Shown one piece after another: positions 8,792-16,723 of a stretch of DNA of 32,000 nt. Within the stretch, counting starts at the first letter, position 1. The number at the start of each line of letters is the position of its first letter. The stretch spans positions 2,280,001-2,312,000 of the forward strand of contig NC_017080.1 in NCBI RefSeq assembly GCF_000284115.1, read 5' to 3'. This DNA comes from Phycisphaera mikurensis NBRC 102666 (GTDB taxonomy: Bacteria > Planctomycetota > Phycisphaerae > Phycisphaerales > Phycisphaeraceae). The translations under genes were made by a program, and so were the position numbers. The notes beneath the pieces were generated by a model. That model did not search any database. It saw nothing but the letters and a program-made list of their open reading frames with translations, and was not told where the DNA came from.

Positions 8792-10978
8792 ATGCCGGCC
8801 GTGCCGATGCTCTCCGGCAGGGACCGCCGTGGGATCCCGACGCCCAAGCCCGTTCCGGAATCCGCCGCCTTGCCCTCCGCCTCCGCCGAGCCCGCCGAGC
8901 CGCTCCGCAGGGGTGAAGCCGCCCGCCGCCGCCGCGAGCGCTTCGAGCGAGCGTGGGCGCCGCTGGTGCGGGCGATCGACGCGGCGGGTCTCTACGACGC
9001 CGAGCACCCCACGGTCCGCGACCGCCTCGCCGAGGCCGCCGAGGCCCTGGGTCACGCCCTCGCGACGCTGCCGTGCACGCTGCTTGTCGAGCCCGCTGCG
9101 ATCGTGCCGGTGGCGGGAGGCGAGGCCGGCGTGGCGGCGACGGCCGAAGCGCGGCTGGCGGGGCTGCTGCACGGGCGTGACGCGGCGGCGATCCGGTTCA
9201 CGGCGCTCCCGGGGCCCGGGGACGTCCGCGCTCTCGCGGAGGGCGTGGCGGCGTGGCGGCCGGGCCGGCCGTGGTCCCAGACGCTCGGCCGCGTCGTCGA
9301 AGCCTCCGACGGGCGGGTCTCCGTCGAGCCGATGAACTTCGCCGGGCTCGCCGCGGGGTTCGGTCGCGGCCGAGGCGGACCGGCGGGATGGTCGACGCTC
9401 CTGGATTGCCTGCTCGGCGGCGGCGCGGCCGGCGACGCGGCCGCCGCCGGCGGCGGGTCCGCGGCGGTGCGGGACGCCGCCGAGGCCGTCGCCACCCGGA
9501 TGCGGGCCGATCCACAGGTCGGGGCGGAGCTGCTGCGTCGCCGGCTGGCGGAGGCGGGGGCGACGATGTCCGGGGCCGACGCCGTGGCCGACGCCGCGAC
9601 GGTGCAGCGGATGCAGGACTTCGCGACCGAGCTCGGCAAGCTGCTCGGACCCGACGCGGAGGCGTCGGACGCGGAGGCCGGCACGCCGACGATCCTCCGG
9701 CAGTCGCTGCTGATGTGCACGGCCCTCAGCGGCTTCTCGGCCGAGGACCCTCGAGCCAGCCACGGCGACGGCAGCTGGATCGAGGGCTTCCGCGACCTCT
9801 TCAAGCGGCAGGAGGACCCCGAGCACACGCCGCCGGCGTACATGCGGCGGCTCGAAGCGCTCGCGGCCCGCCAGGATGCCGAGCTGCGGCAGCGGACCCC
9901 GCGTGACGCCGCGGAAGCGGTGGGGGCGGTCGATCCCGCGGCGTTCCGCGCCGCCCACATCGAGTCGCACGCCTGCCGCATGGCGCTCGCGATGCTCGAG
10001 GACCTGCTCGACGGGCGGGCGGAGGGCGAGCAGGCGACCGGGGCGGGCCGGGCGGAGGAGTCGCTGCTCGCGGAGCAGGCCGCGGGCGTCTTCCCGGAGC
10101 TGCTCGCGCAGCGGGACGCCGTGCGGCTTCTGAGGTTGCTCGAGCTCTCGCAGCGGGACGGCGGCGGGAGCCTGCGTGCCGCCGTCGACGCCGGGCTGCG
10201 GAGCGCTACCGCCGGCGCGACCCTCGCCGCTTGGACCGCCGAGGGTGCCGAAGCGGGGCCGGTCCTTCGGCTGGCCCGCGCCGCCGGCCCGGAGACGCTG
10301 GCCGGCTTCATCGCCGCCGTCGCGGCGGAGGCGCCTTCGCCGCAGAGCCGATCCCGCATCGCGTTGCTGCATCGCGAGGAGCTGGAGGCCCTTCGGGTCC
10401 AGTGGCTGGCAAAGCACCCCGCCGGTGCCTGCCGCCTCGCGCAGATGTTGGCGCCGATGCCGGCCGCGGAGGCCGAAGCCCTGCTCGGCCCGGAGCTGGT
10501 GCAACCGGACCCGGCGCGCCGGCTGCGGGGCTTCCGGACGCTGCTGCGGGTGGCCGACGCGGTCGACGAGGCGTTCGTCCTGGGCCTGCTCGATCATCCC
10601 GACGCGGAGGTGATCCGCCTCGGGACCCGCTGGCTCCTCGCCGACGGCTCCACCGGCGGCCGGCGGCTGGGCCTGCTGCTCGGCTGGCTCCGGGCTCGGG
10701 GCCGGCAACGCGGCGAGGCCCACGGGGTGGTGGTCCTCGAGCTCGCCGCCGACGCCTCCGGGCACGGGCTGCTGCACGAGCTGCTGCGTCCCGCCGCCGA
10801 CGCGCCGCGGGCCAACGCCCGCGCGGCGGTGGCCGCCGCGCGCGTGCTGCTGGGGCGGCCGGGCCTGCCGCCGGCGCTCCACGCCGCCGCGGCCGCGGCC
10901 GCCCGCCCCGGCTCGCTCGCCTCCCTGCGGTCCCTGGTGCTCGGCCGCCTCCCGCACCGTCGTCCCTCCGCGGCCTGA
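8792..10978 (+). CDS. Large (about 728 aa) Ala/Leu/Arg-rich protein of unknown function; N-terminal module shared with the downstream HD-GYP protein, HEAT/ARM-like C-terminus
   Basis: Frame of ORF 8684..10978. Third codon positions are overwhelmingly G/C and the composition is normal, unlike the antisense 735-aa ORF. ATG at 8792 (alternative 8807). It contains GLYDAEHPTVRD, paralleling GFYGSEHPVVRD of the next gene. The C-terminus has HEAT-like LLDHPDAEVIRLGTRWLL. The stop lies 3 nt before the next ATG. Confidence 0.65.
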   Translation: MPAVPMLSGRDRRGIPTPKPVPESAALPSASAEPAEPLRRGEAARRRRERFERAWAPLVRAIDAAGLYDAEHPTVRDRLAEAAEALGHALATLPCTLLVEPAAIVPVAGGEAGVAATAEARLAGLLHGRDAAAIRFTALPGPGDVRALAEGVAAWRPGRPWSQTLGRVVEASDGRVSVEPMNFAGLAAGFGRGRGGPAGWSTLLDCLLGGGAAGDAAAAGGGSAAVRDAAEAVATRMRADPQVGAELLRRRLAEAGATMSGADAVADAATVQRMQDFATELGKLLGPDAEASDAEAGTPTILRQSLLMCTALSGFSAEDPRASHGDGSWIEGFRDLFKRQEDPEHTPPAYMRRLEALAARQDAELRQRTPRDAAEAVGAVDPAAFRAAHIESHACRMALAMLEDLLDGRAEGEQATGAGRAEESLLAEQAAGVFPELLAQRDAVRLLRLLELSQRDGGGSLRAAVDAGLRSATAGATLAAWTAEGAEAGPVLRLARAAGPETLAGFIAAVAAEAPSPQSRSRIALLHREELEALRVQWLAKHPAGACRLAQMLAPMPAAEAEALLGPELVQPDPARRLRGFRTLLRVADAVDEAFVLGLLDHPDAEVIRLGTRWLLADGSTGGRRLGLLLGWLRARGRQRGEAHGVVVLELAADASGHGLLHELLRPAADAPRANARAAVAAARVLLGRPGLPPALHAAAAAAARPGSLASLRSLVLGRLPHRRPSAA

Positions 10979-10981
10979 ACC

Positions 10982-12226
10982 ATGACGCAACCCCTCTCAC
11001 CCCGACGCCGCGCCGCCGACGCCCCCGAGAAACCCCGCCCCCTGTCGGCATCGGCCGCGTCGAGCCTCGACGCGGCGATGCGCGAGGTGCAGTCCGCTCT
11101 GGAGGGCCGCGGCTTCTACGGCAGCGAGCACCCGGTGGTCCGCGATGCGCAGGAGCGGGCGTTGCCGCGCCTCCGGGAGGTGCTCGAGGAGGAACCCTCG
11201 GTGATGGTCGCCCGCCTCGGCGACCGCGTGGTGGCGCAGGGGGAGCGGCTCGCCTCCGAAGGGATCCTGCGACGCGGCCTCTTCGCGCGGATGGAGGCGG
11301 CCGGCTTCGAAACGCTCACCTTCGACCGCGGCTTCGGCGGCGCGGAACTCGCGGCGGTCCTCGACGGGCTCCACGCCGGAGAGGCCGCGGCCGGGTCCGA
11401 CGCGTCGGGGGTGCGGCTGGGCCACCTCCTCGGCGGGGGCGCGGAGCGAGCCGAAGCGTCGGAGGCCGAGCCCAAGGCCGCGGGCCCAGCGGCGGCCGAT
11501 CCCGCTGCGCTGATGCGTCCGGTCGGCCGCGCTTTCCAGTCGATCCTGCGGGGTCGCCCGGTGGAGCGCGGGGGGCTGCACCGGCTCGTCGAGCAGCTGG
11601 GGCAGGCGGCGCGGGTGGGCGCCGGCGCGCTGCTGCCGATGCGCGACCTCAAGCGGCACGACGACTACACCTTCGCGCACGCGATCAACGTCGGGATCCT
11701 CGCGTGCGGGCTCGCGGGGGCGGCGGGGCTCGACGAGGGAACGGTCCGCGACGTCACGATCGCGGGGATGCTGCACGACGCGGGGAAGGAACGCGTGCCC
11801 ACGAGCCTGCTCAACAAGCCCGGCCGCCTCACCGGCGAGGAGAAGTCGATCGTCGACGGGCACCCGGTGGCCGGTGCGAAGCTGCTCATGGCCGCGGAGG
11901 GCGTCCCGCGCCTGGCCGCCATCGTCGCTTGGGAGCACCACATGAACGCCGACGGGAGCGGGTACCCCCGCCAGCCCGCCGGGCACCGGCGGCACCCGGC
12001 GAGCCAGATCGTGCAGCTGGCGGACGTCTTCGACGCGCTGCGGACCCGGCGTCCGTACCGCGCCGCGCTGCCGCTTGCGGAGGTACACGCCGTGCTCCTC
12101 GCCGGCCGCGGCGGCCCGTACGATGCGGCCCTCGTCGATCTCTTCCTCCGGGAGGTCGTCGGCGAGACGCTCCCCGCGGCGGCGCCGGCCGCCGAGCCGG
12201 CCGCGGCGCCGCGGCGGGCCGCCTGA
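10982..12226 (+). CDS. HD-GYP domain phosphohydrolase (putative c-di-GMP phosphodiesterase)
   Basis: 414-aa ORF. HD motif in AGMLHDAGKERVP and GYP motif in WEHHMNADGSGYPRQ. It also has FAHAINVG and ADVFDALRTRRPYR, typical of HD-GYP domains. The N-terminal roughly 200 aa is a non-catalytic module. Confidence 0.85.
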   Translation: MTQPLSPRRRAADAPEKPRPLSASAASSLDAAMREVQSALEGRGFYGSEHPVVRDAQERALPRLREVLEEEPSVMVARLGDRVVAQGERLASEGILRRGLFARMEAAGFETLTFDRGFGGAELAAVLDGLHAGEAAAGSDASGVRLGHLLGGGAERAEASEAEPKAAGPAAADPAALMRPVGRAFQSILRGRPVERGGLHRLVEQLGQAARVGAGALLPMRDLKRHDDYTFAHAINVGILACGLAGAAGLDEGTVRDVTIAGMLHDAGKERVPTSLLNKPGRLTGEEKSIVDGHPVAGAKLLMAAEGVPRLAAIVAWEHHMNADGSGYPRQPAGHRRHPASQIVQLADVFDALRTRRPYRAALPLAEVHAVLLAGRGGPYDAALVDLFLREVVGETLPAAAPAAEPAAAPRRAA

Positions 12227-12244
12227 CGCCGCCTCCTCTCCCGC

Positions 12245-13093
12245 GTGAAGCCGACCGAACCCGCGAGCGACGACGACGGCAGCGGGGATCTGCACGCCCT
12301 GCTCGGCGACGTCGCCGCGGGGAGGCTGAGCCCCGCCGCCGCCGCCGCCCGGCTTGGTCGACCGGCTCCGGCCGAGCCCCCCGAGCGGCTCGGCTTCGCC
12401 ACCGTCGACCACGACCGCGGGCGCCGCTGCGGACTCCCCGAGGTGGTCTACGCGGAGCACAAAACCCCCGAGGAGGTGATCGCGATCGTCGACGCGCTGC
12501 GGGAGCGCAGCGGCTACGCGCTGGCCACCCGCGTGAAGGAGGCCGACCGGCCGGCGCTGCGGGCGGCCTGGTCCGGCGTGCCGGTCCAGGAAGCGGCCGG
12601 CGCCGGGGCGTTTCTGGTGGGCTCGCCGCCGCCGTTGGTGGGGCTGCCGCCGGTTCCGGTGGTGGCGGCCGGCACCAGCGACCTGCCGGTGGCGCGGGAG
12701 GCGGAGCTGACGCTCCGCGCGATGGGCCAGTCCGCCCACCGGATCACCGACGTCGGCGTGGCGGGGCTCCACCGGCTGCTCGAGCGGCTCCCGGAGCTGG
12801 CCGCCGGCCGCGTCGTCGTGGTCATCGCCGGGATGGAGGGGGCGTTGCCGAGCGTGGTGGCGGGGCTGCTGCCCGCCCCGGTCGTCGCCGTGCCCACCTC
12901 CGTCGGCTACGGAGCGGCTTTCGGCGGCGTCGCCGCGCTGCTGGGCATGCTCAACAGCTGCGGCAGCGGCGTGACCGTCGTCAACATCGACAACGGCTTC
13001 GGGGCTGCGCTTTCGGCCGGGCGGATCAACGCCCTCGGCGGGCCGGCCGAGCCGGACGCCGCCGCGGCGGTCAGCCCTGCATCTGGCCGATGA
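12245..13093 (+). CDS. larB: LarB-like protein (PurE-related; nickel-pincer cofactor biosynthesis carboxylase/hydrolase family, COG1691-type)
   Basis: GTG start at 12245. Motifs present: VPVVAAGTSDLPVAREAELTLRAMG, DVGVAGLHRL, VIAGMEGALPSVVAGL, VPTSVGYGAAFGGVAALLGMLNSCGSGVTVVNIDNGFGAA. These match my memory of the LarB/NCAIR-mutase-related family. Confidence 0.75.
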   Translation: MKPTEPASDDDGSGDLHALLGDVAAGRLSPAAAAARLGRPAPAEPPERLGFATVDHDRGRRCGLPEVVYAEHKTPEEVIAIVDALRERSGYALATRVKEADRPALRAAWSGVPVQEAAGAGAFLVGSPPPLVGLPPVPVVAAGTSDLPVAREAELTLRAMGQSAHRITDVGVAGLHRLLERLPELAAGRVVVVIAGMEGALPSVVAGLLPAPVVAVPTSVGYGAAFGGVAALLGMLNSCGSGVTVVNIDNGFGAALSAGRINALGGPAEPDAAAAVSPASGR

Positions 13094-13748
13094 AGCGGTC
13101 GGCCTCGGCGATGCTCGCCTCCATCTCCTCGATGAGGTCGTCGATCTCGTTGCTGAGGTCGAGTTCCACATCGCGGAGCGACGCGATCGCCTGGGCGTTG
13201 AGCTGGCCCTTCAGGAAGATGACGCGGTTGTGGAACTTCGTGAGGATCGGCGTCATCGAGTCCGCGGCGTTGTTCATCTTCACGAGCACGTCGTCGAGGC
13301 TCCCGCGGGTCCGCTCGAGCAGCTGCTCGCTGGAGCGGGTGAGCTTCGGGTCGTCCTCGATGAGGTCGATGTCGTCGGACCACTCGTCGAAGAGCGCCCG
13401 CGAGACGTTCTCGACCGCCGCGATGCGTTCCCGCACGTCAGCGGCCCGCGCCTCGGCGGAGGTGTAGGCCGCGTTCAGCTCCTTGTAGGTGTCCTCCAGG
13501 TCCCCGCCGTCGAAGCTCGTCAACGCCTTGAAGCGGTCGAGCGCGGACACGAACTGGTCGCGGGCCTCCCCCTGCGCCTCGGAGGCCGCCTGCACGTCGT
13601 CCACCAGGCGCTCGCGCTTGTCGTAGCCGACGTACTCCCAGGCGTTGTAGTACTTCTCCCGGACCGTCTGGCAGCCGGTCGCCGCGACGGCGGCGGTCGC
13701 GAGGATCAAAAACGCGGCGACGGGGAAACGGGGGCGGTGCGGGTTCAT
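13071..13748 (-). CDS. Lipoprotein, DUF2959-like
   Basis: Signal peptide plus lipobox (AAVAATGC). The mature start QTVREKYYNAWEYVGYDKRERLVDDVQAA... and the helical acidic body resemble DUF2959 proteins as I remember them. Its 3' end overlaps larB by 23 nt. Confidence 0.65.
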   Translation of the reverse strand: MNPHRPRFPVAAFLILATAAVAATGCQTVREKYYNAWEYVGYDKRERLVDDVQAASEAQGEARDQFVSALDRFKALTSFDGGDLEDTYKELNAAYTSAEARAADVRERIAAVENVSRALFDEWSDDIDLIEDDPKLTRSSEQLLERTRGSLDDVLVKMNNAADSMTPILTKFHNRVIFLKGQLNAQAIASLRDVELDLSNEIDDLIEEMEASIAEADRFIGQMQG

Positions 13749-13863
13749 GGGGCGTGTCTCGCGGAGCGGTTGGAAGCCCGCGAGGGTAACCCGCCGCCGG
13801 GGCGGGGATCCGCGGCGTGGCCCGTCCCCCCGCCGCCGCCGGAACCGCGGGTAGCGTCCCGGG

Positions 13864-14670
13864 GTGAGCTCCCCGCCCGCTCCCCGAACGCTCCCGCTCG
13901 CCGAGCGACTCGGGCTCTACGCCGACGCGGTGCAGCAGCCGCTCGCGGAAATCCGCTTCGTGGAGACGGCCTCGCGCCACCACCGCCGCGGGGGCGGCCG
14001 GGCGGATGAGCCGGCGTGCCTGCTGCGGGAGGACTTCGCGGGCACCTGCGACGTGGCGGCGGCGTGGTGCCGCAGCGCCCCGGAGCGCCAGGCCGTTGCG
14101 GTGGAGATCCACCCGCCCACCCTCGCCTGGGCGAGGCGTCGGCACGCGGACGTGGAAGACCTGCACCTGGTGGAGGCGGACGTGGTCGACTTCCACGGCC
14201 CGCGCGTCGACGCCATCACCGCCACCAACTTCAGCGTGCTCGGCTTCCATCGGCGGCCGGGGCTGTTGCGCTACCTCCGGCACGCGCGGCGGTGCCTGCG
14301 GCCCGGCGGGGTCTTCGTGATGGACCTCTACGGGGGGCCGGGGGCGGAGGCGCCCGGGGAGCAGGCCCGGGAGGCGGGCGGCTTCGGGTACGTCTGGGTC
14401 CAGGAGACGTACGACCCGCGGACCGCGAGGGCGCGGTGCCGCATCCGCTTCACGGTCCGCGGCCGATCGTGCGGCGGCTTCCGCTACGACTGGAGGCTGT
14501 GGCGGCCCGCCGAGCTGCTCGACGCCCTGGCCGAGGCGGGCTTCGCCGAGCCGACGCTCTGGGCCGCCGACGGCCGCGGACGCCACCGCCCCGGCGCGGC
14601 CCTGGCGGCGGGCGAGGACTTCGTGGTCTACCTCACCGGCGGGCGCGACACGGGGGCCGGGGCGTCCTAG
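13864..14670 (+). CDS. Class I SAM-dependent methyltransferase-like protein
   Basis: GTG start. It has LLREDFAGTC (motif I-like), VDAITATNFS and LRPGGVFVMDL (post-II/III-like motifs). The substrate cannot be inferred. Confidence 0.5.
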   Translation: MSSPPAPRTLPLAERLGLYADAVQQPLAEIRFVETASRHHRRGGGRADEPACLLREDFAGTCDVAAAWCRSAPERQAVAVEIHPPTLAWARRRHADVEDLHLVEADVVDFHGPRVDAITATNFSVLGFHRRPGLLRYLRHARRCLRPGGVFVMDLYGGPGAEAPGEQAREAGGFGYVWVQETYDPRTARARCRIRFTVRGRSCGGFRYDWRLWRPAELLDALAEAGFAEPTLWAADGRGRHRPGAALAAGEDFVVYLTGGRDTGAGAS

Positions 14671-15491
14671 CGTCCCAGGAGCCGCCCGAAGAAGCCCGGC
14701 GGCTCGCGGTACACCCGCGGCTCGTAAGGCCGGGCGTCCGCGAAGAGCGCGTCGCCGCGTTCGGCCGACAGCTCGCCCCAGGCCTCGGGCGCGGTGCCGA
14801 GCGAGCGGCCGGTGAGCGTCTCCAGCGAGCCCGCGGCGGCCGCGACGACGGCGTAGTCGGCGTCGACGAGAGCGGCCCGCAGCGCCTCGAAGGCGTCCCG
14901 ACGCGGGTACCTCGCCAGCGCCTCGGCCGCGGCCACGCGGGTGCCCGCGTCCTCGTCGTTGAGGAGCCGGTCCAGCAGCGGAGCCACGGCGGCCTCGCCG
15001 GGCAGGTGCCGCAGCGCCTTGGCGGCCTCCCAGCGGAGGAAGGCGTCGTCGGACCGCAGCTGCTCGGCCACCCGCGCCGCGTCGCCCGCTGCGCCGTGCC
15101 GCGCGAGCGCCGACACGGCGGCGGCACGCACGGAGGCGTCGGGATCCGTGAGCAGCAGGCGGTAGAGCGGCAGCATCGCCGGCCGGTCCCCGTAGCGGGA
15201 GGCCGCCACCTCCCGCAGCGAGGCCTGCCGCCGGTCGGCGTCCGTCCGGTCGAAGGCCCCCCGGATCGCCTCGGCGGGGTCCTCGCCGAGGGAGGCGAGC
15301 AGCTGCGCGAGCAGGGCGGGCTCCGCGGTCCGGGCCTCGGTCCGGTCCCGCGCGGCGGCCGCGGCGGCCGCGTCACGCTTCTCCGCCCCGCCGCCGGCGC
15401 AGCCCGAGCCGAGCACCAGGCACGCCACCAGCGTCCCGATCCCTCGCACCGGGCGGGCGCTGCGTTCGCCGGTGGGTCCGCGGTGCTGCAT
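14667..15491 (-). CDS. HEAT-repeat lipoprotein
   Basis: ATG at 15491 gives MQHRGPTGERSARPVRGIGTLVACLVLGSGC (signal plus a lipobox-like Cys). HEAT-type units repeat: LLTDPDASVRAAAVSALARHG, LRSDDAFLRWEAAKALRHL, LLNDEDAGTRVAAAEALARY, LVDADYAVVAAAAGSL. Confidence 0.65.
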   Translation of the reverse strand: MQHRGPTGERSARPVRGIGTLVACLVLGSGCAGGGAEKRDAAAAAAARDRTEARTAEPALLAQLLASLGEDPAEAIRGAFDRTDADRRQASLREVAASRYGDRPAMLPLYRLLLTDPDASVRAAAVSALARHGAAGDAARVAEQLRSDDAFLRWEAAKALRHLPGEAAVAPLLDRLLNDEDAGTRVAAAEALARYPRRDAFEALRAALVDADYAVVAAAAGSLETLTGRSLGTAPEAWGELSAERGDALFADARPYEPRVYREPPGFFGRLLGR

Positions 15492-15648
15492 CGCGCGGGA
15501 GCCTACCGCTCCGCGGGCCCGGGCCCGGCGTGTCCGGGTCTGCTCCAACGCCGCCCCGCCCTCATGGGATGCTCACGCTCCGGCTTTAGCGTGGCGGCCC
15601 GTCCGGCAGCGAAGCCGGAGACCCCCCACCCGCCACGAGATCTTCCTC

Positions 15649-16641
15649 ATGACGACCTTCCCCCGCTCCCCGCTCACCCGCGTCCTCCCCGGCCTCGCCC
15701 TCGCGGCGGGCCTCTGCGTCCCCGCCGCCGCGCAGACCCGCGGCACGGTGGAGATCGACGGCTCCAGCACCGTCGGCCCGATCACCTCGGCCGTGCAGCG
15801 CGAGTTCCTCAACGAGTACCCCGGCGTGGACGTCACCGTGAACGTCTCGGGCACGGGCGGCGGCTTCAAGCGTTTCACCCGCGGCGAGACCGACATCTCC
15901 AACGCCTCCCGCCCGATCAAGGGCAAGGAGATCAAGAACGCCGAGGCGAACGGGATCGATTTCGTCGAGGTTCCCGTCGCCTACGACGGCCTCTCGATCG
16001 TCGTCAACAAGCAGAACGACTGGGCGACGGAGCTCACCGTCGAGGACCTCCAGAAGATCTTCCTCGCCGAGCACCAGTCCGACGTCAAGAGCTGGAAGGA
16101 CGTCGACGCGTCGTACCCCGACGTGCCGATCTCCATGTACATCCCCGGCACCGACTCGGGCACCTTCGACTACTTCAAGGAGGTCGTCGCGGGCAAGGAG
16201 GGCCAGATCCGCTCCGACGTCTCGCCCTCCGAGGACGACAACCAGCTCGTCCGCGGCATCGAGGGCAACCGCGGCGGCATCGGCTTCTTCGGCTCCAGCT
16301 ACTACTTCGAGAACCAGGACAAGCTCCGCGCCCTGAACATCAAGAACAAGGACGGGGACTTCGTCGGGCCGACGCCCGAGACGATCGAGGACGGGACCTA
16401 CAACCCCTTCTCGCGCCCGCTGTTCATCTACGTGAAGGCCGACTCCATGGACAAGCCCGCCGTGCGGGAGTTCGTGAGCTTCTACCTCGACGTCGCCCCC
16501 GACGTCGCCGAGGCCGTCGGCTACGTCCGCCTGCCGGCCGGCGTGTACGACAACGCCCGGTCCCGCATCGCCAACCGCGTCACCGGTTCGGTGATGTCCG
16601 ACAACCACGAGTCGATCGTGAAGGCGTACACCGCCGAGTGA
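15649..16641 (+). CDS. pstS: Phosphate ABC transporter substrate-binding protein
   Basis: ATG at 15649 inside ORF 15472..16641. It has a signal peptide (LPGLALAAGLCVPAAAQ), then IDGSSTVGPIT...SGTGGGFKRF...ISNASRPIK, which are PstS-family motifs. It is the first gene of the pstSCAB order. Confidence 0.9.
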   Translation: MTTFPRSPLTRVLPGLALAAGLCVPAAAQTRGTVEIDGSSTVGPITSAVQREFLNEYPGVDVTVNVSGTGGGFKRFTRGETDISNASRPIKGKEIKNAEANGIDFVEVPVAYDGLSIVVNKQNDWATELTVEDLQKIFLAEHQSDVKSWKDVDASYPDVPISMYIPGTDSGTFDYFKEVVAGKEGQIRSDVSPSEDDNQLVRGIEGNRGGIGFFGSSYYFENQDKLRALNIKNKDGDFVGPTPETIEDGTYNPFSRPLFIYVKADSMDKPAVREFVSFYLDVAPDVAEAVGYVRLPAGVYDNARSRIANRVTGSVMSDNHESIVKAYTAE

Positions 16642-16661
16642 CCCTCCGGGCACCGCTCTCC

Positions 16662-16691
16662 CCGCGGACCGGCCCACCGGCCGGGCCGCGG
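16662..16691 (+). promoter_or_regulatory. Intercistronic GC hairpin between pstS and pstC (possible attenuator / mRNA-stabilising stem-loop)
   Basis: CCGCGGACCGGCC-CACC-GGCCGGGCCGCGG forms a 13-position stem with one A/G mismatch and a 4-nt loop. It starts 21 nt after the pstS stop and ends 33 nt before the pstC ATG. Confidence 0.45.
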
Positions 16692-16723
16692 CTTCGCACC
16701 CCGGGCTCCCCGCCGCACCGCCG

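Noticed and set aside
8783-10990. 735-aa minus-strand ORF
   Set aside because: It is antisense to the 8792-10978 gene. The translation is extremely Arg/Gly/Pro-rich, whereas the plus frame has G/C-dominated third positions, normal composition and a module shared with the next gene.
10231-13467. 1078-aa plus-strand ORF, the longest in the track
   Set aside because: It is about 60% Arg/Gly/Pro/Ala by eye and runs out of frame across the HD-GYP and larB genes and into the antisense of the DUF2959 gene. All three of those genes have clear family motifs.
15549-15648. Search for a Pho box upstream of pstS; the only find was a 6-bp inverted repeat CACGCT-N8-AGCGTG (15575-15594)
   Set aside because: Nothing resembles the CTGTCAT-type direct repeats. 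A 6-bp inverted repeat in GC-rich DNA is within chance expectation, and the Pho regulon operator of this lineage is unknown to me.
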